Assembly: GCA_951406725.2 (NCBI GenBank)
Contig: OX597823.1
Location: 100,812,001 to 100,876,000, forward strand
Direction of reading: 5' to 3'
Source: Octopus vulgaris
Lineage: Eukaryota
Length of the DNA stretch: 64,000 nucleotides
Numbering within the stretch: the first letter of the stretch is position 1; each line of letters starts with the position of its first letter. The translations under genes were made by a program, and so were the position numbers. A model generated the notes under the pieces. It was not told the origin of the DNA and made no database searches. It saw only the letters and a program-made list of their open reading frames with translations. Below are positions 28,210 through 42,042 of this stretch, one piece after another.

Positions 28210-28348
28210 TATTATTCTTTAACAAGTGTAGTGTTGATAGTGACTTCGAAGTTTTGGCCTGCTTAGCCTTTATTGGATAGTCTAATGAAGATTAAGTAGG
28301 TTGAAACTTCGAAGTCACTGTCAAAACTATTCCTGTTAAAGAATAATA
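28210..28348. ncRNA. Degenerate inverted pair of hammerhead motifs
   Basis: + strand: gatagt-CTAATGA-...-GAAA-cttcgaag-TC-actgtc (28276-28322). The left arm is its diverged reverse complement. Confidence 0.65.
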
Positions 28349-28579
28349 AATTTGTAATCTACAAAAATTGAGTAATCCTACAATATAATGTAAAATTATT
28401 TTGCTATAACTTGACATAAAAACAAACATCAATGTGTGTGTGTGTGCATGTGGGTGTGTACCCTTATCTTGACATCATATGATAGTTGTAAATAAGCATC
28501 ATCATCATCATAGAAGCAAGGTTGTTTGTTTCCAGTCTTCTGTGGAAAACATTGTAGAAATGGCCCTGCTTGATCTGTT

Positions 28580-30047
28580 GAAAAGGCGTAGGTAGAAACT
28601 CTATAAGATGTACCCAGTGTAAGCTATGGACACATAAGAGGTGCAGCAATATCAAAGGAAGGCTAACTGGGAGGATAGTTTTTGTATGTGGCAGATGCTC
28701 AGGAGCAATAAACACTGAAAATGTGCAGAAAACAACTTCCGCCACATTCCAGGGAGAAAAACTAGAGGTAGTTGATAGCTTCCGTTACCTAGGTGACCAA
28801 GTCAGTAGCGGGAGAAGGTGCGCTGAAAGTGTAGCTGCTAGAATAAGAATAGCCTGGGCTAAGTTTAGAGAGCTCTTACCTCTGCTGGTGACAAAGGGCC
28901 TATTGCTCAGAGTAAAAGGTAGACTGTATGACACATGTGTACAAACAGCCATGCTATATGGCAGTGAAACATGGGCCGTGACTGCTGAGGACATGCGTAA
29001 GCTCACAAGGAATGAAGCCAGTGTGCTCTGCAGGATGTGTAATGTCAGTGTGCATACTCGACAGAGTGTAAGTAACTTGAGAGAAAAGTTGGACCTAAGA
29101 AGCATCAGATGTGGTGTGCAAGAGAGACGACTGCATTGGTATGGTCATCTGGTGAGAATGGATGAGGATAGCTGTGTGAAAAAGTGCCACACCCTAGCGG
29201 TTGAGGGAACCTGTGGAAGAGGTAAACCCAGGAAGACCTGGGATGAGGTGGTGAAACACGACCTTCAAACATTACACCTCACCGAGACAATGAATAGTGA
29301 CCAAGACCTTTGGAAATATGCAGTGCTTGAGAAGACTCTGCAAGCCAAGTGAGACCATAATCCATGGCCTAAGCCAGGGGTGTAACCAGCCCACTTATGC
29401 GTAGCTTTCCTACATTGGACACTAAACTCTGCTTGCAAAGACCTGTTGAGGCAAGTGAAATCGAAATCAAATCAAATTCACAAATTTGATGACTGGCATC
29501 CATGCCAGTGGAGCACTAAGTGCACCATCCGAGTGTGATCACTGCCAGAGCAGCAGACCAGCTTCTGTGCTGGTGGCACATAAAAAGCACCATTCAAATG
29601 TGATCATTACCAGCGTCGCCTTACTGGCTCTTGTGCTGGTGGCACATGAAAAATATTCGAGCAAGGTCATTGCCAGTGCCACTGGACTGGCACCTGTGCA
29701 GGTGGCACATTAAAAGCACCATTTGAGTGTCGCTGTTGCCAGACCGCTTCACTGGCCTTTGTGCTGGTGGCACATAAATGCACCCACTACACTCTCAGAA
29801 TGGTTGGCGTTAGGAAGGGCATCCAGCTGTAGAAACTCTGCTAGATCAGATTGGAGCCTGGTGCAGCCATCTGGTTCGCCAGTCCTCAGTCAAATCATCC
29901 AACCCATGTTAGCAAATGATGATGATGATGACTTGGAAAAAGGTAAGGGTTGCTGACAGGAATGGCATATGGTTGTAGAAAACCTTACCCAACAATTCTG
30001 TCAGACCCATGCAATCATGGAAAAGTGGACATTAAACGATGATGATG
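28580..30047 (+). pseudogene. RTE-clade LINE 3' portion with full 3' UTR
   Basis: 209-aa ORF 28723-29352 (FRYLGDQV..MLYGSETW..RRLHWYGH), homologous to 11160-12110. Confidence 0.9.
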
Positions 30048-31594
30048 ACTTTTGTTCCCTCTGTTTTGAGCAGAAACTAATGGCACCATCAGCTTTCATT
30101 TCTTGAATGTAATGAAAATGGCACCACCAAATCCAGCCTTAATTCCTAAAATGCTGGTATGAGATAAGTCAACTTTACTCATCCTTGAAAAAAAATGTAC
30201 CTCACTTGTTTAGTCTAGTCACAAGAAATTGCCATTTTAAGTCAGACATCAGTTTTCTAGTTTATCTCCACTTACCATTCATGGTGCCAGTTTATTTCCA
30301 GATAACTTATAAGGAATGAGGTGAGGAGGTTACATAAAATAAAAAAATAAAATGAATTAAAATAAAATCAAATACAATATGTAAAATAAAGATAAAATCT
30401 TTTTTAAACTTTTCTTTTTTTTCAGAGTAGTAAAAAAATATTTCTTTTGCCATCTGCTTTCAGGGCTAGCTTTTGGTGAGTCAATCCCAAATATCTATCT
30501 CCACCACCACCACCATCACCACTACTACTACCACCACCGCCCCCACCACCATCACAAATACCATCACAACCACCATCACTATATCTAGCTTGCAGACTAT
30601 CTTGTGCAACACATTTCTAACCTAGCCACTATTGCCATCACTTCAGACAACACAGAGACCACCACCACCACCACTCTACCACCGCTGCTGCCACCATCAT
30701 TCTACTGCTGCTGTTTCTGCTACCACTGCTTCCCCCACCACTGCCACCACCACCTGCAAAACACATTCACTGTCATCACAACACCATCTTTCTTGCCATT
30801 ACCTCTCACTACCATTCTTTAGTTCTCCTCTACATAAACCATCCTACCATTACAACCTGCAAATTAGCAGAGTTGTTACAGCATAGGATAAAATGCTTTA
30901 CAGTGTTTGTTTTGACCGTTGGTGCTCCGGGTTCAGATCTCATTGAGATCAACTTCATCTTTCATAATTTTAGGAATGATAAAAAACGTCCCAATCCAAG
31001 ATACTGGATTGGTGGGACTCTAAGAATATTTGATTGGATGCCTTATGGTATTTGTCTCAGAACTTTGTGAACTGAGTTCAAATGCCACCATGGCCTACTT
31101 GGGTGATAGACTTCATCACCTGACACCTTCGCCAAGTCTTCAACTTGAAAATACTTAGATTCCTCCCTCCCATCAGTCTTAAAGACACTGTACAGGGCTG
31201 TAGGAAGGGGACTAGCTGATACCATTGACTCCAATACTTGTCTGGTATTTATTTGATCAATCCTTCCCACCAAAGATTCCATGATGGAATTTGAACTCAG
31301 AATGTATAGTGCCAGAATAAGTGCTGTTAAGTATGTTGTTCTCTGAGCTAAAATGATAATCCTTTCCCAAATCAGCACAAGGCCTGCAAGTTTGGTGGGG
31401 TGAGTGTGGGTGTGAAGTGTAGTTGGTTGCATTGCCTCCAGTACTTGACTGGTACTTTTGAACTCAGAATGTAAAGACAGACAAAATGCTGTTAAGCATC
31501 TTGCCTGGAGTGGTAATGATTCTGCCAGCTTGCTGTCTTTAATAATAATGATAATAATAATGATGATGATGATGATGATGATAATGATGATAGA

Positions 31595-32625
31595 AGAATG
31601 ATGCAGGTAGAACTGTGCTATAAGACTTCCATAGTAACAATGAACAAGTACTTATCTAGTACAGAGAACTGGATGCTGTGGCTTGTGTGCAAACACGAAA
31701 GCAGCAAAAAAATCACATTCTATTGTCAAGGAAGCTTGCAAATTCACAAGGGAACTTGGCATTAACCCTGAATTAGATGAAGAACTTGAAACCACTACCA
31801 CGAAAAAAGCAAAACGGATCAAACAGACTGCAAAAAAGAATGGGCAGAAACAAATTGAGGAACAGTGGAACCAGAAGCCTCTGCATGGACAGCATATACT
31901 TCGAAGCTGAAATGCTGATGTAGACTAAGCAACAACCTAACAGTAGCTGAGAAGTTCAGAACTGAAAGCAGAAACTGAAGGTTTCATATTGGTGGCACAA
32001 GATCAAAGCTTGCTTACCAAAAACTACCAGGTTATACATTGGAAAACATGTAAACACTACAAAACCATCACTCCTGCTTACTGGTATGAACATCATCCTG
32101 AGCCAGTCGTTGAAGGTAAAAATGTCACCATCCTCTGGGATTTTCCAGTCAACACCGATAGAATGATCCAGGCTAATCAACCAGACATAGTCATTAAAGA
32201 CACTGAAGAAAATACTTGTAGACTAATACATGTAAGTTTTCCCACTGGTAAAAATATATCTGTGAAGGAAATTGACAAATTAAGTAAATATAAAAACCTG
32301 GAAATTGAAATACAAAAAATGTAGAATCTTAAAGCCAGAACTGTTCCTGTTATTGAGGGTGCCCTTGGTATGATAAGAAAGGGATGTCAGAAACATCTAG
32401 ATAATATCCCAGATGAACCATGTCTTAGAGAAATCCAAAAGGTTGGACTGACAAGCACGACCCATATCCTTAGAAAAACCCTTTTCATGTAATACAACAC
32501 ATATAAAATATTTCACTCCTGCCCCTGCAACTTTCCCTCCTCAAGCTTTCAGTCAATCTATAACATATCTTATCCTTCACTTGTCCCAGGATGCTGGATG
32601 TGTCTCAGTGAGTGATTAAAAGTAA
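31595..32625 (+). pseudogene. R4/Dong-like RLE LINE 3' fragment
   Basis: WNQKPLHGQ..LKAETEGFILVAQDQSLLT..ILWDFPVNTDRMIQANQPDIV..K..KY; ends in (TAA)n. Confidence 0.8.
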
Positions 32626-33609
32626 ATAATAATAATGATAATTCTTTTTACTAAAGGCACAAGCCCTGAAATTTTTGGGGAAGGGACTAGTTGATAACAT
32701 CGACCCCAGTGTTTCACTGGTACTTAATTTATTGATCTTATAAGGATGAAAGGCAAAGTTGACCTTGGTGGAATTTAAACTCAGAACATAAAGATGGACA
32801 AAACAATGCTAAGTATTTTAGCCCAGCATGCTAATGATTCTGCCAGCTCGTCACGTTAATAATAACAATGATAATAATAATAATGATGATGATGATAATA
32901 ATAATAATAATAATCCTTTCTACTATAGGCACAAGGCCTGGATTTTGTGGGATGAGGGGGGGGGGCAGTTGATCACATCGACCCCAGTACTCAACTGGTA
33001 CTTAATTGACCCTGAAAGGATAAAACACAAAGCTGACCTTGGTAGAATTTGAACTCAGAATGTAGCGACAGACGAAATGCCTCTAAGCATTTTTCCCAGT
33101 GTGCTAATGACTCTGCCAGCTTACTGCCTTAATAATAACAACAACAACAATAATAATAAAGCCTTATATGGAATAGCATGAAATGCTGGAGAACAGAATT
33201 GACAACAGGGAATCAAGTATTAGAAGAGATGGAAATCAAGAGAGGTATCTTCCAGGGGGACAGCATGACCCCATTGATCTTTATGCTGGGAGTGATACCC
33301 TTGAATGAAAATCTACAGAAAACAAAGTTGGGGTCTGATCTGGGAAGAGGTAAGGGAAAACTGAATCGTTTCCTCATGGACGATTTGAAGCTATTAACAA
33401 AAACTGAAGCAAAACTGGACAGCCTAGTCCAATCTGTGCAGATTTTCTCCAATGATATTAAAATGGTGTTAGGACTCTCAAAATGTGCTATGATGGTGAT
33501 GAGACAAGGAAAGCTTTTCAGAACAGAAAGCATAAGATAGCCAAGTGGTGGAAATATGAAGGAAATTCAACCTCAGTCCAGCTATAAATACCTGGGAATA
33601 CTTGAGGTA

Positions 33610-34901
33610 CGAGGGGCGTTCAATAAGTAATGCCCCTGACCCACTTCCCATAGCAGTAGAGCAACGAAACGTGGCACAGTTATTAGTCTTTTTCTACATA
33701 GGAACCACCCAGAGTTACGCATTTCTCACATCGTTTGATGCAGCTCTGAAGACCGTTTTTGTAGAAGACCCCAGCTTGATCCTCCAACCACGACGTGACT
33801 TCAGAAATCAAGGCTGCATCATCTGGGAAACGCTTTCCTTTCAAAAACAACTTCATGGCTGGGAAGAGGTGAAAATCAGAGGGTGCAAGGTCAGGAGAGT
33901 AGGGGGGATAGGGGATGAGTTCATAGCTGCACGCCTGTGCTTCTGATCTGGCGACACGCGAGTTGTGAACCGGAGCGTTGTCCTGCAAGAGGAGGATGCC
34001 TTTGCTGATCTTGCCCCGCCTCTTGATTTTGATAGCTTCTCTTAATTTCCTCAAAAGTGAAGCATAATAGGCTCCTGTAATTGTGGCACCCTTTGCCAGG
34101 AAATCTGTCATCAGTACTCCGTCCTGGTCCCAGAAGATTGTGAGCATGACCTTGCCAACGGAAGGCTGCACCCTTGCCTTCTTTGGAGGAGGTGAGTCAC
34201 GGTGTGTCCACTGCATTGACTGGGCTTTGGTCTCTGGATCATAGTGATGGACCCAGGTTTCATCCTGTGTAATCAGTCTTTTGAAAAATTTTGACTCATC
34301 TTCTTGGCACATCTCCAAATTCATCCTCGAGCAATCGACACGTTCTTGCTTCTGGAAAGATGTGAGCAACCTGGGAATCCATCTGGCAGACACCTTTTGC
34401 ATATGCAAATGGTCATGAATGATAGTTTCCACAGACCCAGTACTAATCTTGACCTCATGGGCTATTTGGCGAATAGTTATGCGTCGATCTTCCAAAATGG
34501 CAGCCTCAACATGACGGACAGATGCCTCATCAATGGCAGAAGGGGGCGACCAGATCTGGGAGCTGTTTCCACAGAGTTCCGACCATGTTTGAATTCACGA
34601 TGCCAGCGTTTTACAAGGTCATATGATGGGGCATCATCCCCATAAGTTACTTTCATTTCATCAAAAGTCTCCCGTGGTGTGCGTTCTTTCAAATACAAAA
34701 ACCGGATCACTGCTCGACACTCAACAGGCTCCATTTCACACTTGACTCAGTTCAAACACTTGTAAATCAGAAACCACAATTAGTCCAGAGCTGTAATTTG
34801 TCACTTAATCTATAAAGATATAAATAATTGTACATGCAAAATTTCAGCTAGATCAAATAACTGCAAGTGGGTCAGAAGCATTACTTATTGAACGCCCCTC
34901 G
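33610..34901 (-). mobile_element. Complete mariner DNA transposon
   Basis: TIRs cgaggggcgttcaataagtaatgc / gcattacttattgaacgcccctcg, TA duplicated on both sides, 1292 bp. Confidence 0.96.
33683..34734 (-). pseudogene. Mariner D,D34D transposase with one frameshift near 34500-34545
   Basis: HTH N-terminus; ARWIPRLL, ITQDETWVHHY, LQDNAPVH, YSPDLAPSDFHLF. Confidence 0.93.
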
Positions 34902-36675
34902 TAGATGGAATCAAACACAATGACATGAAGGAAAAGACAAAAAGAGAGTACCTGCGGTGAGTGAGAGAAACATTGGCTTCAAAGCTGAATGCCAGAAACA
35001 TAATTTCAGCAATAAACTCGGGTGCAGTCACAGCAGTTCGGTATGGCACTGGAATCCTGAAGTGAACCGAGGAGGAACTAAAAGAGATGGCAGAGGAAGT
35101 CAAGAAAGCTTCTAATGATGCATGGTGCCCATCATCCATGTGCGGACACTGATTGCCTATACATGAAGAAAGCAAATGGAGGAAGGGGACTGATAAGTGT
35201 GGAAGACTGTGTACGTATCGAACTAAATGAGATACCTAGCCTAAAGTAAAGAAACCTTGCTAGAGACATCTGGTAGCAAGGGAATATTGAAGGCAGAGAA
35301 AAAAGGAAAAACAAAGGAAGAAGTGCAAAAAGGACATGAAGAAGAATTATGCAAGAAGGGACTACACAATCAATTCCATGCAGCCACAACAGAAGTTGCT
35401 GGAAAAAAATGGTAGGACTGGCTGGTGAAAGGAACACTAGAAAAAGAGACCAAAAGCACTACACTGACAGCACAAGATCAAGCTTTGGCTGCAAACTGGA
35501 GGGTGAACTTTAAGAACGAGCAAGTGAGTCCACTGTGCCGCATCTGAATAGAGTAGATAAAACCACAGCCCATATCACAAACAAATGCCCTAAACTTGCC
35601 CCAAACCATTACAAGTTGTGGTGACATGATCAGCAGTGAAAGTGCTACATTGGAAACTGTGTGAAAAGTGGGGGCTAGAGAGAGGCAAGACATGGTATGA
35701 AAAACAAACTGGAGACAGAGTGTCGGAGTCAGACACTAGCAAAATCCTCTGGGATTTCCCAATCGAAACAGATTAGGTGCTAAAGCATAACAGACTGGAC
35801 CTGCTGGTGGTGGATAAGATGCACCACATATGCTATATAGTTGATGTTGTATGTCCCTTTGACCTACAAGTAGTCAAGAAGGAAAGCAAAAGGAAAGATA
35901 AATACAACTCTCTTAAGTATGAAATAGTCTGGCTATGGAAAATGAAGAAGGTGAAGATAGAGCTAATTATTGTTGGGTCCTTGGGAACAGTATCAGAAGG
36001 CATCAAGAGGGAATATAAAGGAAATTGAAGTAGAATGCCTGATAGAACTGTTACAAGAGGTTTGCCTCCTTGGCATGGCCAGAATAATCAGCAAAGAATT
36101 AGATAGCTGAAAAGAATGGATAGCATGGTACCGTAACTTGCAGGTAGCAAGCCTGCTACACATGCAAGACTCCAGAAGCTCCAACAAAACCTGTGATAAA
36201 GAGAAATAATAATATGAGCTTACAGCTTGACAAGAAGTGTTTTTGGTGAGAATTATGAAGACCCAACAGCTATCTAATGTGGTGATGATGTTGGGTGATC
36301 CCTTATTCAACATTTGGCTGTCTGTGATCCAGTACACTCCAAACCATTGTTATTTCCAAATTTGTTTGTGTGTTCTGAGTTAGTTTGAAGAAATGTTTGT
36401 CCATGCAATTGTGGCCTTGTATTTTCACCTTAAATTGCGAGTTTGGTGATTAGAGAAACTTAATTCTAAATTGATCTGTTTACAAACTCATGTTACTAAT
36501 TGGGATGATCTTTAACAGATGGAGAAGTTGGGTGGGGTGATAGTGTCATAACTTGGTATTGAGAGATGATGATAACGTAAAAATGATAACATTACTTGTA
36601 AATTGCCTCATCTATGAAGAACAAGGTTGTCTGTTACATTGATCAGTTTATTTAGTTATATCATGTTTTTCTGAA

Positions 36676-37005
36676 GGTGTATGGTTCAGTGGTTACAATG
36701 TCAGGCTCACAATCATGAAGTAGTGAGTTTGATTCCTGGATCTGGCTGCATGTTGTGTTCTTAAGCAAGACACTCAATTTCATGTTGCTCCATTTCACTC
36801 AGTCGTAGAAATGAGTTGCAACGTCACTGGTGCCAAGCTGTATCAGCCTTTCCCTTTCCCTTGTATAACATCGGTGGCATGGAGAGGAGAAGCTAGTGTG
36901 TAGGGGTGATTGCTGGCCCTCCATAAACAACTTTGCATGGACTTGTGCCTTGGAGGGGAACTTTCTAGGTGCAATCCCATGGTCATTGACTAAAGGGGGT
37001 TTTAC
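36676..37005 (+). mobile_element. tRNA-derived SINE with CORE-like domain
   Basis: TGGTTCAGTGG (A box)...GAGTTTGATTCC (B box) followed by tgtgttcttaagcaagacactc. Confidence 0.6.
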
Positions 37006-38279
37006 CCTATTGTGTTTTTGTGACCAATGTTGTTGTTGTTCACATGTTTACAATGGACTGATCACAGTTCAACATAAGAATAAAGGCAACAGTGATGTGA
37101 GGGAAAATCTGTATGACAGCAACAACTATCATGAGATATTACTGTTTAGAAATACTGGTTTAACTGCCTTTTTTCACCAATTTGTATCTGTGTGTGTGTG
37201 TGATGGTGATATTTTCTTTCTCTTATTTTTTGCTATTTTTTAGTGATGGAAAACAGGGATTAAAGAAATCCAGGTAAATACCTCAGGAAGTATCACATGT
37301 GATGTATGTATATATATGTATACATACATATATATATATATATGTGTATATATGTGTATGTGTGTGTGTATATATATATATATATACATTATATATATCT
37401 GTGTGTGTGTGTGTGTGGACATCATCATCATCATCATTTAACATCCGCTTTCCATGCTGGCATGGGTTGGATGATTTAACTGGGGTCTGGCAAGCCAAGA
37501 GGCTGCATCAGGCTCCAATCTGATCTGGCAATGTTTCTACAGCTGGATGCCCTTCCTAATGCCAACCACTCTGAGAGTGTAATAGGTGCTTTTTATGTGC
37601 CACTGGCACAGGAGCCAGTTGGGGCGAGGGGGCTGGCATCGACCATGTTTGGATGGTGCTTTTTAGATGTCACCGACACAGGAGCCAGTCAGGCAGCACT
37701 GGCATCGGCCATGTTCAAATGGTGCTTTTTACGTGCCACCAGCACAGTTGCTATTCGGGGCGAGGGGGCTGGCATCAACCATGTTTAAATGGTGCTTTTT
37801 ACATGCTACTGGAATGGGGAGTCAGTCAGGTGGCACTGGCAACAACCCACACATGAGTGGTACTTATTGCGTGCTACCAGCATGAGAGCCAGTCAGGTGG
37901 CACTGGCATCAACCACAACTACAATTTCCATTTGATTTTGTTTTGATTTTGATTTTGATGTACTTGACTCAAGAGGTCTCCTCAAGCACAGCATGTCGCC
38001 TGACAATCCAAAGGTACTTTTTTAAGTGGGCTGGTTATGTGACACTAGTGTAGGCTATGGCTGTGATCTCACTTTACTTGCTGGGCTTTTCTCAGTCACA
38101 GCATATCTCCAGAGGTCTCGGTCTTTTGTCATTGCCTCTGTGAGGCCCAACATTCGAAGGTCATGCTTCACCACCTCATCCCATGTTTTCCTGGGTCCCC
38201 ATCTACCACAGGTTCCTGCCACTGTTTGGGAGTGACACTTCTTCATACAGCTCTCCTCATCCATCTGTAGTACATATAC

Positions 38280-38319
<40 letters not shown>

Positions 38320-38555
38320 GCAAAAGTGTTGTAAGTCAACAATATTGCTTTTTCAGAAACTGAAAAAATAATTTCACCATTTCATAGCAAAACTGTTGTA
38401 CTACACTTTAACAATTTTTGATATCTTTGGATCTGAAGCAGTTGGAGATATGATAGAACCGGCTGTTGCAAGTAAAAATAAATATTGCAAAAAAGTATTT
38501 GCCGAAATTTGGACTTACAACAGTTTAACATAATAGCAATGATATGTGTGTATGT

Positions 38556-38778
38556 ATTCTATTTGTTTCAGTCATTTGACTGTGGCCATCCTGGAGCACC
38601 ACCTTTAGTCAAACAAATCGACCCCAGGACTTATTCTTTGTAAGCCCAGTACTTATTCTATCAGTCTCTTTTGCTGAACTGCTAAGTTACGGGAAGGTAA
38701 ACACACCAACATTGATTGTCAAGCGATGGTAGAGGGACAAGCACAGACATGCAAACATATACATATATATATATATAT

Positions 38779-38866
<88 letters not shown>

Positions 38867-39026
38867 GTAGATAGATATAGATATAGATATGATAGGCTTT
38901 CAGTTTCCATCTACCAAATCCACTCACAAGGCTTTGGTCGGCCTGGGGCTATAGTAGAAGACACTTAGTCAAGGTGCCACGCAGTGGGACTGAACCCGGA
39001 TCTATGTGGTTTGTATGCAAGCTACT
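38556..39026 (-). mobile_element. tRNA/CORE-type SINE with internal microsatellite and LINE-derived tail; other copies ~25760-25950, 26013-26135, 61232-61575 (+), 24560-24640 (-)
   Basis: GGGTTCAGTCCC B box, ggcaccttgggcaagtgtctt-like CORE segment, tail ggtgctccaggatggccacagtcaaatgactgaaac. Confidence 0.8.
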
Positions 39027-41608
39027 TTATTTCAATAAATTTGTCATGTAGGCATAATACAGAGGGGACAAACAAGGACAAACATAGAATGGTGAAGTAG
39101 CTTAAAGCGTTATTATAAATCGATTAAAAATATGAAAAATTAAAAAATAAAATAAAATAAAATACATTGCGCTATGCAATGTGACACCGAAGGAAAGGCA
39201 TCAGACATCAGGGTAGGGCCTTTGCTTTTCTTCCAAGGCTCCACTTACTTGGTGCCAATCACTCCCAGCTTTCTTACTACAGGCTTCCATCTCTTCTCAA
39301 ATTTCTCACGTGACAGATACCTCTTCTCCAGCCTGATCTTGCTACTGAGGTGGTAACTAAAAAAGTTGACCCCTGGCCAGATATAAAGGTACCCGTCACA
39401 ATCCCTTTCACACGTGTCTTCCATACCGTTTCTTTTAAAATGGCTACCACACAGTAACAACAGGCCTTCCTTTCCCCCGCTAAGGGAAGAAAGCGGCACA
39501 ATCTCAATGATAGCTGTACTCTTCCCATCGATGACATCAGTTGTTCTGTGAAAACTATCAGTCCCGATAATTACGGACATCCCACGAATGTGTGCAAGAT
39601 GGTTTCCCTGTCCTGCCCACACCTCGGACATGTCGGCGAGATGGCACTTACATGCCTTAACAGCTTATCATGAACTGGTAACGCCACAGGGAAGCACTGC
39701 CAAGCCAGGGCTTTCTAGTAATTATCCAGATACCCCGGCCTGAACATTCTCCTGAACAGGTTGATCATAGCCAGGGTCTCCCCCAAGGCGTTTTCAGACA
39801 TGAATCCCACTAACCTGCTATAAAAATCCACTATGGAACTTCTGTTGCCAGCATTGCCCACCTGAAAAAGTAGCTGTAGTGCCTGACGGCACTCCAATTG
39901 CCGATCCCACAGCCCAGGTCTCTGCTTGATCCATGTACCAATGTCTGTTAAGGACGTTAACCTAGGAAGGTAGAACCGGACGTGCGGTGACCACACCTGT
40001 TCTCCATCCAGGAGAAGCCAGAGGTGACTCAGCCTTAATGTGAATTTTCACATCCTCAGCCAAGGCATCCCTAGCCCACCCTTTAGTCTGACAGCAGACA
40101 GAGCACTTCACAAGAGGCTTTCCTCCTTTCCACAGAAAGCAGAAAAGGATTCTCTCCCACTTGTTCAGCCACAAATCAGAGCAAGGCACCACAGTCAGAC
40201 AGTAGGTGATAACATCTGCACCCCCTCTGCCTTCCCTAGCAAGGATAACGCCCACCCAGACCAGGTCTGGGTTAGAGCAGTCACCTTACTGGCTACCTCA
40301 GTACAATTTTTCTTGATCTGGAGATCTGGTCCAAACCAGACTCCAAGCAGCTCAACAGGACCTTCGGTCCAACGTCCTATGACGTTGTTGGATGTCATTG
40401 GCTTGCCTCTCCAGGTGCCGAGTTGGAAACCGACCGACTTTTCCTTGTTAATATTTGCTCCTGCCACCACCTCGTAACTTTTGATGGCCTCTTCCACCAC
40501 TGGAAGCTGGCTCTCATCCGCCACGATGGAGATGTCATCCACATACGTCGTAGCTCCACCTCTGCACTACAGATCCTTCGGTGGCCTCCTAGTGCTTCCA
40601 ACTTCCGCAGCATTGGCTCAAGAGCCAGTAAATACAAAAGCGGAGACAGGGGCACCCCTGATGTACTGAGCGTTTGATCCTGAATGGTTTCGAGAAGAAT
40701 CCATTCACTTTGACCGCAGACTCGATGTCGCTGTACAAAGCAGCAATCCAACTGTAGAAGGTCGGGCCTAGGCCAGCCTTCTCGAGGACTGCCACCAAGT
40801 ACCAATGGTCAACCCTATCAAACACTTTAGACTGGTCTAAATGTACCAGTGCCCCTCGTGCGCCAGAAAGATTCCCCACCCTAAGGTGTAGCATAGAAGA
40901 TGGAGATTGTTGTGGATCGACTTGCCTGGGATGGAACAAGTTTGTGCCCACCCTACAAGTCTGTCCATGACCCACGCCAACCTTTTTGCTAACACCTTGG
41001 CCAAAATCTTTAACTCTGTGCTTAGCAGAGTTATGGGCTGAAAGTTACTAATCTCATTCCCCTTGCTTGAGTCCTTTCTGATCAGCATCATCTCCTCTCA
41101 GCTTGCAGACTTGGGAATTCTCCCATTCTGCTGCCAATTGGTGTAAACGCAGGCCAGCAGGTGCCCGAACAAGTCTGGCATACTCTTATAGAATTCATAG
41201 GGCAGACTATCAAGACCCAGTGACTTCTCCCCAAGGCATTCGTCTAGCACCTTGATCACTTCCTTGGCTGTGATTGGCCCTTCACAGCACTCAGCCTCCC
41301 AGGCCAAGAGATGCAGGCTGCCAGACAAGAAGTCCCTAAGGGCCTCACCATGATCCCGAACAACTCGGCAAAGTGCTTGTATAGCGCCTCACCCATCTCG
41401 TCCTGACCTAATTGTGGCATCATTGCCATGCTGGGTTTCTACTGTACGGGCCCATCCAGCAACATTAATTCCCTCACAGCCCAATGCTCGCACTTTAGCC
41501 CGGACTCTACATCCCTCGTGTTTGACTTTGAGGTGACGGTCCAAGGCAATTCTTGCTGCCAAAATGTGGGATGCAGAGCCCAAACTCAACACCTCCTCTA
41601 AGTCCTTC
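39027..41608 (-). pseudogene. Tx1/L1-clade LINE ORF2 (RT to C-terminus, 3' UTR), heavily disrupted
   Basis: GLDSLPYEFYK, NFQPITLLSTELKILAKVLAKRL, LDQSKVFDRVDH, SVHQGCP/LSPLLYLLALEP, DDIS, LLGVWFG; A-rich 3' end. Confidence 0.88.
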
Positions 41609-41609
41609 T

Positions 41610-41854
41610 TTATTTACATTCGACGGATATTTGTCCTCATCTTGTTTGTTGTTAACACAGCGTTTCGGCTGATATACCCTCCAGCCTTCTTCAGGTGTCT
41701 TGGGGAAATTTAAAACCTGGGTTCTCATTCCTAAGGTATTCTTTGATGTTATTATTATTATTATTGTTCAGGTCACTGCTTGGAATCGAACTCGGAATCT
41801 TGAGGTTAGTAGCCTGCGCTCTTAACCACTACGCCATATGCCCACGGGCATATG
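41610..41854 (-). mobile_element. tRNA-headed SINE-like element ending in a minimal hammerhead ribozyme
   Basis: Minus strand: GGGCATA-TGGCGTAGTGG-TTAAGAGCGC...GAGTTCGATTCC...(AAT)n...gacac-CTGAAGA-aggctg(..)cagcc-GAAA-cg-CT-gtgtt. A short inverted copy of the 5' end lies at 41846-41854. Confidence 0.85.
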
Positions 41855-42042
41855 TAGGTTTTTACTGCATTCTAAACGCTTTGCAATGTTTGTTTTTGAA
41901 AGTAGTGGTTTTCTGATTGCAGCCCTGCCGTGAAATCCGGCTTTGTGCTGCTCCCGGTGAACATTTTTTGTGGAAACTGGGTTCTCAAAGGTGGTCATTA
42001 AGCTCTGCAGTAATTTTGGGAGCTGTACTTTTGGGATCCTTG
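41855..42042 (-). pseudogene. Tc1-family transposase fragment
   Basis: STAPKITAELNDH/ENPVSTKNVHREQHKAGFHGRAAIRKPLLSKTNIAKRLE. Confidence 0.75.

Larger units (their letters stand above)
33160..36212 (+). pseudogene. R4/Dong-like RLE LINE (RT to endonuclease), split by a mariner
   Basis: RGIFQGDSMTPL, FLMDDLKL, YKYLGILEV|DGIK across the mariner, GGRGL, ILWDF, HNRLDL..DVVCP; (AAT)n on both flanks. Confidence 0.85.

Noticed and set aside
30469-30480. Micro-exon or recursive splice sites (ttcag-GGCTAGCTTTTG-gtgagt; also 2711, 25130, 63865)
   Set aside because: Such motifs are expected by chance in 64 kb, and no host gene context supports them.
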